A DNA stretch of 64,000 nt, taken from contig JBGANV010000005.1 in the NCBI GenBank assembly GCA_044222185.1, positions 384,001 to 448,000 of the forward strand, given 5' to 3'. The stretch's first letter is position 1. Each line of letters starts with the position of its first letter. The stretch comes from Planctomycetota bacterium. Lineage in GTDB: Bacteria; Planctomycetota; GCA-002687715; CAIWVZ01. Below the pieces are notes generated by a model. That model searched no databases. It saw nothing but the letters and a program-made list of their open reading frames with translations, and had not been told where the DNA came from. Shown piece after piece: positions 56,597-64,000 of the stretch. Position numbers and translations under genes: made by a program.

Positions 56597-58753
56597 ATGA
56601 CGAAGAAGGAACTCACCGGTCGCGGCGCGCGCGTCGCGTGCGTTGCTGCGGCCTCGCTCATGCTTTTCGCGTGCCGTTCGGCGGAGGATCGCACGGCATT
56701 CGAGGGAACGACGAGGATGGAATACCCGCAGACGAGCCGATCCGACCAGACCGACGTCTTCTTCGGAACGACGGTCGCCGACCCGTACCGCTGGCTCGAG
56801 GATCCCAATACTCCTGAAGCCCGTGCGTGGATCGAGGCCCAGAACGCCGTCACGGAAACCTACCTGGCGTCGATCCCGCAGCGCGCGGCGATCCGCGACC
56901 GCCTGACGGCCCTGTGGAACTTCGAGCGCACCATGCCGCCCATCAAGCGCGGCGGGACGTACCTCGTGAATCGGAACGACGGGCTCCAGAACCAGAACGT
57001 CATCTATGCAGCGTCCTCGCTGGCGGCAGAACCACGAGTGCTCCTCGACCCGAACCAGCTCTCGAAGGACGGCACCATCGCCCTGAGCGGGATGAACCTG
57101 AGCCCCGACGGGAAGCTCCTCGCCTACGGCATCACGGATGGGGGCTCGGACTGGAACACCTGGCGCGTGCGCGACGTCGCCACGGGTCGGGATCTCGCGG
57201 ACACGGTCGCGTGGGTGAAGTTCTCGAACGCCTCGTGGACCCACGACTCCGCAGGGTTCTATTACAGCCGCTACGACGCTCCGAAGCCGGGCGAGGCCCT
57301 TCAGGAAGCCAACTTCGGCCACCAGGTGTGGTTCCATCGGATCGGGACCGGCCAGGAACAGGATCTCCTGGTGTTCAAGCGTTCGGACGAGAAGGAATGG
57401 AACTTCGACGCCGAAGTGACCGAGGACGGCCGCTACCTCGTCATCAAGGTCGAGAAGGGCACGCAGCGTCAGAACGACGTCTTCGTGAAGGACCTGATGA
57501 CCGACGGTCCGATCGTCGAGCTGCTGACGGGGTTTCGCGCCGGCTACGACTTCCTCGGCAACGTCGGGAGCCGGTTCTGGTTCATGACCGACGGGGACGC
57601 GCCGCGCGGGCGGATCATCAGCCTGGACTCGTCGGGCGCCACTCGCGGGCCGGTGGAGATCGTTCCACAGGCGAAGGCCACGCTCACGAGCGCGCGATTC
57701 GCTGGCGGCAGGATCGTCGCGGACTACCTGGACGACGCTCACTCGGTGTTGAAGGTGTTCGAGCTCGACGGCCGAGCGGTCGGTGAGATTCCACTGCCGG
57801 GGCTCGGCACCGTCGACCTCGTGTCGAGCAGTGCGGACGACCCGGACGTCTTCTTTCGATACACGAGCTTCACGGACGCCGGCGCGGTCTTCCGCTACGA
57901 CGTCGCGAGCGGCAAGACGTCGCTCTACCGAGCGCCGAAGGTGGCGTTCGACGCGGGCGACTACGTCACGACGCAGGTGTTCGCGACCAGCCGCGATGGC
58001 ACCAAGGTCCCCATGTTCCTCTCGCACAAGAAGGGGCTCGCGCCGAACGGGAATGCCCCGGTGCTGCTCTACGGGTACGGCGGGTTCAACATCCCCCTCA
58101 CCCCGTCGTTCTCGGTCACGGCGCTCGTGTGGATGGAGATGGGCGGCGTCTACGCCGTGGCGAACTTGCGAGGTGGCGGAGAGTACGGCGAGGCCTGGCA
58201 CGAGGCCGGGACGAAGCTCCGCAAGCAAAACGTGTTCGACGACTTCATCGCGTGCGCAACGTCGTTGATCACGACGGGCTGGACGCGCGCGGGGCGCATC
58301 GCGATCTCTGGTGCGAGCAACGGCGGCCTGCTCGTGGGTGCATGCCTCGTGCAGCGACCGGATCTCTTCGGCGCGTGCCTTCCCGCAGTCGGCGTGCTGG
58401 ACATGCTCCGCTTCCACAAGTTCACCATCGGTTGGGCGTGGACGAGCGACTACGGTTCACCGGACGACCCGACCGAATTCCAGGCTCTCTACGCCTATTC
58501 CCCGTACCACCAGCTGAAGGCCGGGGCGAAGTACCCAGCCACGCTCATCACGACCGGGGATCACGACGATCGCGTGGTTCCCGCACACAGCTTCAAGTTC
58601 GGGGCGGCCCTCCAGCATGCGCAGGCGGGAAGCGCGCCGACCTTGCTGCGTATCGAGACCCGGGCCGGTCATGGCGCCGGCAAACCGACTCGCATGCGCA
58701 TCGACGAGGCGGCGGATCAGCTCACGTTCGTCGTCCGGAATCTGGGGATGTGA
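56597..58753 (+). CDS. Prolyl oligopeptidase (peptidase S9A), predicted lipoprotein
   Basis: DPYRWLED, YGYGGF, RGGGEYG, GASNGG (Ser), DDRV (Asp), AGHG (His); lipobox LFAC. Confidence 0.95.
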   Translation: MTKKELTGRGARVACVAAASLMLFACRSAEDRTAFEGTTRMEYPQTSRSDQTDVFFGTTVADPYRWLEDPNTPEARAWIEAQNAVTETYLASIPQRAAIRDRLTALWNFERTMPPIKRGGTYLVNRNDGLQNQNVIYAASSLAAEPRVLLDPNQLSKDGTIALSGMNLSPDGKLLAYGITDGGSDWNTWRVRDVATGRDLADTVAWVKFSNASWTHDSAGFYYSRYDAPKPGEALQEANFGHQVWFHRIGTGQEQDLLVFKRSDEKEWNFDAEVTEDGRYLVIKVEKGTQRQNDVFVKDLMTDGPIVELLTGFRAGYDFLGNVGSRFWFMTDGDAPRGRIISLDSSGATRGPVEIVPQAKATLTSARFAGGRIVADYLDDAHSVLKVFELDGRAVGEIPLPGLGTVDLVSSSADDPDVFFRYTSFTDAGAVFRYDVASGKTSLYRAPKVAFDAGDYVTTQVFATSRDGTKVPMFLSHKKGLAPNGNAPVLLYGYGGFNIPLTPSFSVTALVWMEMGGVYAVANLRGGGEYGEAWHEAGTKLRKQNVFDDFIACATSLITTGWTRAGRIAISGASNGGLLVGACLVQRPDLFGACLPAVGVLDMLRFHKFTIGWAWTSDYGSPDDPTEFQALYAYSPYHQLKAGAKYPATLITTGDHDDRVVPAHSFKFGAALQHAQAGSAPTLLRIETRAGHGAGKPTRMRIDEAADQLTFVVRNLGM

Positions 58754-58937
58754 CGGTGCGCCAGCGACTCACGACCGGGCTTCGCACCGCGTATCCTCAA
58801 GCAGCGTCCGGAGTTCGCCCGATGAACCGACGGAGGCCACGTCCGAAAAACGCGCTCGATGGCGCGTCGACGGGTCTCTTTCGCCGCGGCGCGGGCCCCG
58901 CGGCGGATCGCGAGGCACCGTGCGGAGGATCGGTCCA

Positions 58938-60455
58938 GTGCCGGTGACGTTGAAGACCTGGGACCGGCTGCCACTGGCCGACCAGCGAGCATGGCAGATC
59001 CAGCGGCTGCGCGCGTTCCTCCGCGAGCGCGTCGTGCCGTTCAGCCCGTTCTACCGGCGCAAGTTCGCCGAGTGGAAGATCGACCCCGCCTCGATCCGCA
59101 GCTTCGACGACCTTCGGCGGATCCCCTTCACGTCGAAGCAGGACCTGCTCACGACGCCCGCGAACCCGCAGGGAGCGCTCGACTTCGTGCTGCGGCCGAC
59201 GGAGGAACTGATCAAGACTCGGCTGCCGAGGTCGGAGCTGCTGAAGTTCGCGCTGCGCAAGCTGCGGTTCGGGTCCGACGGGCTCAAGGAGCGGCTCGCC
59301 CGCGAATTCAGTCCCAACTCCGTGATCTTCACTACGGGACGAAGCACGGGCAGCGTTCCGTTCTTCACGACGCCGTACGACCAGCAGATCCTCTTCGAAG
59401 CCGGTCGTCGCATCACGTCCGTGCTCGGGCTCGACCCGAACACCGATCGCGTGGTGAGCCTCTTCCCCTACGCTCCGCACCTGGCGTTCTGGCAGGTCGC
59501 GTACTGCGGCATGGCCGCAGGAACCCTCACGCTGAACACCGGTGGTGGCCGCATCATGCCGACCGATCGCCTGCTCAATGCCATCGAGCAGCTGAAGGCG
59601 ACGTGCGTCGTCGGCATGCCCGGCTTCTTCTATCACCTGCTTCGCCGGGCCGTGGAGGAGAACCGGAACCTCTCGTCAGTCCGCTGCATCGCGCTCGGCG
59701 GCGAGAACGTCCCGCCGGGGCTCCGCGCGAAGATCCAGGAGACGATGCCCAAGGTCGGCGCGAACGACGTCCGTGTCGCGAGCGTGCTCGGGTTCACGGA
59801 GGCGCGCCTTTGCTGGACCGAGTGCGTGAAGGCATCGGCGACCGGCTTCCACGTCTACCCGGACCTGACCCTGTTCGAGGTCGTGAACCCGCAGACGGGC
59901 GAGCCCGTGGGCGAGGGCGAGACCGGCGAACTCGTGTTCACCGCACTCGATGGTCGCGGGAGCGTCGTCCTGCGCTACCGCACGGGCGACGTGATCGAGG
60001 GCGGGATGGTCGAGTCTGCACCATGCCCAGGCTGCGGGCGTCGCGTCCCTCGCGTGATGTCCAATCTCCAGCGCGTGTCGAACGTGAAGTCCCTCGAGAT
60101 CGGCAAGATCAAGGGCACGCTGGTCAACCTCAACGCCTTGAGCGAACTGCTCTCGGGCGATCGCGAGATCGACGAGTGGCAGGTGGAGATCCGCAAACGC
60201 AACGACGATCCGTTCGACGTCGACGAGATCGTGTTGAGCTGCGCGCTCCGCGGACGTGAATCCGCCGATGCGTTCTGCTCCCGCATCCAGGAACAGGTGT
60301 ACGCGCGGACGGAGGTCCACCTGACGGCCGTGCGCATCGAGGACCTCCAGACCATGCTCCGGCGCGTGGGCATGGAAACGCTGAACAAGGAAGAGCGCAT
60401 CGTCGATCGGCGAAAGCAGGCGCAGAAGGCGGCGGACCCGTCGCCCCGTCCATGA
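58938..60455 (+). CDS. AMP-dependent ligase, phenylacetate-CoA ligase (PaaK)-like
   Basis: SPFYR, IPFTSKQDL, TTGRSTG, GGE, GFTE, GETGELVFT, LRYRTGD. GTG 58938 follows GGAGGA. Confidence 0.82.
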   Translation: MPVTLKTWDRLPLADQRAWQIQRLRAFLRERVVPFSPFYRRKFAEWKIDPASIRSFDDLRRIPFTSKQDLLTTPANPQGALDFVLRPTEELIKTRLPRSELLKFALRKLRFGSDGLKERLAREFSPNSVIFTTGRSTGSVPFFTTPYDQQILFEAGRRITSVLGLDPNTDRVVSLFPYAPHLAFWQVAYCGMAAGTLTLNTGGGRIMPTDRLLNAIEQLKATCVVGMPGFFYHLLRRAVEENRNLSSVRCIALGGENVPPGLRAKIQETMPKVGANDVRVASVLGFTEARLCWTECVKASATGFHVYPDLTLFEVVNPQTGEPVGEGETGELVFTALDGRGSVVLRYRTGDVIEGGMVESAPCPGCGRRVPRVMSNLQRVSNVKSLEIGKIKGTLVNLNALSELLSGDREIDEWQVEIRKRNDDPFDVDEIVLSCALRGRESADAFCSRIQEQVYARTEVHLTAVRIEDLQTMLRRVGMETLNKEERIVDRRKQAQKAADPSPRP

Positions 60456-61393
60456 TGCACCCCTCCGTAGCGGTCGCCCTTGGCGGCGGCGGTGCGCGGG
60501 GAATCGCGCACCTGGGCGTGCTCGAGGTCCTCCACGACGCCGGGATCCGCCCGTCGCGCTACTTCGGCGTGAGCATCGGAAGCATCGTCGGCGCACTCGT
60601 CGCGTTCGAGCCGGACATCCACGTGGTTTGCGAACAGGCGCTGAAGTACCTCCTCTCCCCCGCGTTCCAGAAGTACAGCGCGGGGCTCGGAGGCGGGCCG
60701 TCGCAGGGGTTGGGAGACGACGATTCCCACGTCCACCATCACGGCTGGTTCGACAAGTTCCGCGACTACATCCGCGCGAATCGCACCTTCCACCGGATGA
60801 TCCTCGGTTCATCGCTCCTCCCCGGTCGGATCCTCGAAGAGGTGGTCAACTCGCTCGTACCGGACGCCGACGTCGCGGATGCCAAGGTACCCCTCACGAT
60901 CGTTGCCGTGGACCTCATCACCGGACGCGAGGTCGAGATCACACGCGGGCCCCTTCGGCGCGCCGTGCTCGGGTCCGCGTCGCTGCCGGGCATCTTTCCC
61001 CCGGTCGAATACGGCGGATGTCTCCTCGCCGACATCGGCGTGGTGTCCGCTGTCCCGTCGCACGCCGCCCGACGGAGCGGCGTCGAGCGCGTGATCGCCA
61101 TCGACGTGACCCACCACCCTCAGCGCAAACGCGCGTTTCCAAGCGCGATCGACGTGATGCTCCGCCTGGAAGACGTGGCCAGCAGCCTGTTCCTGAACGT
61201 CGTCCTCCAGCACGCGGACGTCGTCATCCAACCGGACGTGTCCAGGCTCGAGTGGTCGGATTTCTCGCGGATCGAGGCAACGATCGTGAAAGGTCGCGAG
61301 GCCGCGCACGCGGCGCTGCCGCGCGTGTGCGGAGCCCTCGGTGTGGAGTACATGCCACCGTCGCGCGTTCCCGACGCGACGGGCGGTGACTGA
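60452..61393 (+). CDS. Patatin-like phospholipase
   Basis: ALGGGGARG.AH.GV, GVSIG (Ser), S.SLPGIFPP, ADIGV (Asp; DGG variant). Confidence 0.92.
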   Translation: MMHPSVAVALGGGGARGIAHLGVLEVLHDAGIRPSRYFGVSIGSIVGALVAFEPDIHVVCEQALKYLLSPAFQKYSAGLGGGPSQGLGDDDSHVHHHGWFDKFRDYIRANRTFHRMILGSSLLPGRILEEVVNSLVPDADVADAKVPLTIVAVDLITGREVEITRGPLRRAVLGSASLPGIFPPVEYGGCLLADIGVVSAVPSHAARRSGVERVIAIDVTHHPQRKRAFPSAIDVMLRLEDVASSLFLNVVLQHADVVIQPDVSRLEWSDFSRIEATIVKGREAAHAALPRVCGALGVEYMPPSRVPDATGGD

Positions 61394-61413
61394 CGGAAGC
61401 AGAGGAGCCCAAC

Positions 61414-63429
61414 GTGGCCAACACGGTTCGACTCGATCAGCTCGAGGGCCGCATCGCGGCACTCACGCTCGATGCCCCGGACATGCCGTTCGTCTTCGGG
61501 GAGGCGCAGATGTCGCAGCTGCGCGATGCGGTCGCGACGCTCGCCGCGCGCACGGACGTCGACGGCCTGATCATCCGCTCGACGCACCCGGAAACGTTTT
61601 GCGCGGGCGCCGACGTGGACGCCATGGCGGCCCTCGCGGCGCCATCGGAAGCCGAACGGCTCGTCACCATGGGGCAGGAGGTCTACGTCGCGCTCGCCAG
61701 ACTCCCCATGCCGCGCGTCGCGCTGATCCACGGCACCTGCGTGGGCGGAGGTCTGGAACTGGCGCTCTCGTGTTCGGCCCGCGTCGCGACCGAATCGGCG
61801 AAGCTCGGTTTGCCGGAAACGAAGCTCGGGATCCTGCCGGCCTGGGGAGGCAGCACGCGGCTTCCACGGCTGATCGGTCTCGTTCCCGCGATCGAGATGA
61901 TCACGGCAGGCCGCATCGTGAACGCGTTTCGAGCCCGCAAGGCGGGTCTCGTCGACAGCATCTGCCCCCGCGAATCCATGGAGCGCGAGGGGCGGCGACT
62001 GATCGCGATCCTCCGCGAGAAGGGCTCGCTGCCGCGCCCCAAGCCGCCGCTCGCTCCGCGGCTCCTCGCTGCAATCCCCGGCGGACCAGGGTTCGTCGCC
62101 AAGCAGGCGCGCAAGAAGATCCTCGCGGAGACGCACGGCCACTACCCGGCTCCGTTGCGCGCGCTGGATGTCATCATCGAGCAGCACGGCCAGGACCCAT
62201 CCGTCGGCATGGCGGCCGAGCGGAAGGCCGTCGTCGAACTGTTGGCGACGCCCGTGGCGCGCGAGCTCCTGCGCTTGTTCCTGCTGACTCGCGACAGCGC
62301 GCGGCCTGCGATCTACTCGGAGGCGAAGGACGCGCCCGCACTCCGCGAGGTTGCCGTGATCGGAGCGGGCGTCATGGGCGCGGGCATCGCCCAGGTCTGC
62401 GCCACGAAGGGACTCGCCGTTCGCATCATCGACGCGTTCCCGGAGTCGCTGGCGAAGGCCCGCAAGTCCATCGTCGATGAACTCCGCCGCCTGTCGGACC
62501 GGCGCGACATCACGACCTACGAAGCCGCGAATCGACTGTCGCGGGTCACGTTTTCCACGGCGATCGACGGGCTGCGCGGCGTCGATCTCGTCATCGAAGC
62601 CGTGCCCGAGCGGCGCGACGTGAAGGACAAGGTTCTGCGCGCCGTCTGCGCGCAGGTCCGCGACGACGCCATCGTCGCGACGAACACGTCGTCGTTCCCG
62701 CTGGACGACCTCGCCGCATCCGTGACGATCCCGGAGCGGTTCATGGGGCTGCACTTCTTCAACCCGGCGCCCAAGATGCCGCTCCTCGAAGTCGTCTGCG
62801 GCTCGTCGACGACGGAGGAGAACCTCCGTCGCGGCGTGCGTTTCGCCAAGGAGATCGGCAAGACGGCCGTCGTGGTGGCGGACGCGCCGGGCTTCCTCGT
62901 CAACCGTCTGCTCGCGCCCTACTTCCGCGAGGCCTGCAACCTGGCCGCGGAGGGCGTGCCGATCACGGTCGTCGACGACGCGCTCGTGGCATTCGGCATG
63001 CCGATGGGTCCGTTCACGTTGATGGACACGGTCGGGATCGACGTGCTTCGCGACGCATCGGTGCACATGGCCGAGCGGACGCAACGCGAGCTGTTGCACC
63101 CGGTCGTTCGAGACCTCGCCGAGAAGAAGGACTTCGGCCGCAAGACGGGGCGCGGGTTCTACGGCTGGACGAAGACCGGCCGCGGCGACCCGAACCCGGC
63201 CGCGATCCGCGCCGACCGCCCCGCCGGATCGTGGATGCCGTTGCGCGACGACATCACGCGGCGGCTGATCCACGTGATGGTCCTGGAGGCGAAGTCCGCC
63301 CTGGATGAGGGCCTCGTTCCCACACCCGAGGAAATCGACATCGCCACGATCTTCGGTATCGGCTTCCCCCCGTTCCGCGGCGGGCTCATGCACTACGCGA
63401 ACGTCGCGACAGCGGAGGTGACCGTATGA
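61414..63429 (+). CDS. fadJ: Fatty-acid oxidation multifunctional enzyme (enoyl-CoA hydratase / 3-hydroxyacyl-CoA dehydrogenase)
   Basis: FCAGAD, GGGLELAL, LPETKLGILP, GAGVMGAGIA, IEAVPE, TNTSS, GLHFFNP, PMGPF, GFPPFRGG. GTG follows GAGGAG. Confidence 0.9.
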   Translation: MANTVRLDQLEGRIAALTLDAPDMPFVFGEAQMSQLRDAVATLAARTDVDGLIIRSTHPETFCAGADVDAMAALAAPSEAERLVTMGQEVYVALARLPMPRVALIHGTCVGGGLELALSCSARVATESAKLGLPETKLGILPAWGGSTRLPRLIGLVPAIEMITAGRIVNAFRARKAGLVDSICPRESMEREGRRLIAILREKGSLPRPKPPLAPRLLAAIPGGPGFVAKQARKKILAETHGHYPAPLRALDVIIEQHGQDPSVGMAAERKAVVELLATPVARELLRLFLLTRDSARPAIYSEAKDAPALREVAVIGAGVMGAGIAQVCATKGLAVRIIDAFPESLAKARKSIVDELRRLSDRRDITTYEAANRLSRVTFSTAIDGLRGVDLVIEAVPERRDVKDKVLRAVCAQVRDDAIVATNTSSFPLDDLAASVTIPERFMGLHFFNPAPKMPLLEVVCGSSTTEENLRRGVRFAKEIGKTAVVVADAPGFLVNRLLAPYFREACNLAAEGVPITVVDDALVAFGMPMGPFTLMDTVGIDVLRDASVHMAERTQRELLHPVVRDLAEKKDFGRKTGRGFYGWTKTGRGDPNPAAIRADRPAGSWMPLRDDITRRLIHVMVLEAKSALDEGLVPTPEEIDIATIFGIGFPPFRGGLMHYANVATAEVTV

Positions 63430-64000
63430 CCGCTCCACTCGCCATCTTCTCCGGGATCCGCACTCCGTTCGGCAAGGCCGGCGGCGCCCTGGCGGAACTG
63501 TTCGCGGAGGATCTGGGCGCGCTCGCCGCGCGCGAGGTCCTTCTGCGCACGGGGGTCGATCGCAACGCCCTCGACGGCGTCATCGTCGGCAACGTGGGGC
63601 AATCGGCCCGGGCTGCGAACGTGGCGCGCGTGATCGCACTCCGCGCGGGCGTCCCGGAGCGCACGCCGGCGTGGACCGTTCACCGGAACTGCGCGTCGGG
63701 AATCGAGGCTCTGACCCAGGCTGCGGACCAGGTCGCGCTGGGACGCGGCGGTCTCTACCTGGCGCTCGGCGTCGAATCGATGAGCAACTACCCACTCGAG
63801 TTCAACGCCCGGGGCAAGGCCTGGTTCACGCGCCTCTCCCGCGCTCGAACGCTCGGCCAGCGGCTGGCGGCCTTCTCCGGCATGCGGCCATCGATGTTCG
63901 CTCCCAAGGTCGCGCTCCTCGAAGGACTGACGGACCCCGTCGCCGGCATCAGCATGGGAGTGACCGCCGAGATCCTCGCCCGCGAGTGGAACGTCTCGCG
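63426..64000 (+). CDS. fadI: Acetyl-CoA C-acyltransferase (thiolase), 3'-truncated by the window end
   Basis: Hand translation: MTAPLAIFSGIRTPFGKAGG...GNV...NVAR...TVHRNCASG...GVESMS. Its ATG overlaps the fadJ stop. It is absent from the ORF track because there is no stop in the window. Confidence 0.9.
   Translation, partial: MTAPLAIFSGIRTPFGKAGGALAELFAEDLGALAAREVLLRTGVDRNALDGVIVGNVGQSARAANVARVIALRAGVPERTPAWTVHRNCASGIEALTQAADQVALGRGGLYLALGVESMSNYPLEFNARGKAWFTRLSRARTLGQRLAAFSGMRPSMFAPKVALLEGLTDPVAGISMGVTAEILAREWNVS

Overview
A very GC-rich, gene-dense bacterial window. The gene repertoire points to an uncultured Planctomycetota (inference): a TIGR02999-like ECF sigma/Ser-Thr kinase pair, carboxypeptidase-regulatory-like repeat proteins and many secreted modular proteins. 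In order, the window holds: a giant, probably 5'-truncated Gly-rich repeat surface protein; an ECF sigma + membrane Ser/Thr kinase pair; secreted P-domain and GEVED proteins; comB, msrB and dusB; a WD40 kinase; two carboxypeptidase-regulatory-like proteins, one of them degenerate; a complete Shango-type defence operon (TerB-N/TerB/TerB-C, DUF2791 ATPase, Lhr-like helicase) followed by a tandem REPIN-like element; an ECF/anti-sigma pair; a pseudokinase-STAND-TPR-GAF-sigma54 activator followed by its apparent enhancer sites, a -24/-12 promoter and a STAS + ECF sigma operon; FG-GAP, hypothetical and MauG-like secreted proteins; addAB; prolyl oligopeptidase; and a ligase-patatin-fadJ-fadI lipid operon running off the right end. 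No rRNA, tRNA, CRISPR array or transposase was recognised. The best candidates for undescribed biology are (i) a ~110-130 aa C-terminal domain, in two subtypes, shared by seven secreted proteins with mostly unrelated N-terminal modules, a possible sorting or anchoring system, and (ii) the sigma54-to-ECF cascade, whose cis-elements are readable in the sequence. All assignments come from motif recognition by eye; no database searches were run.
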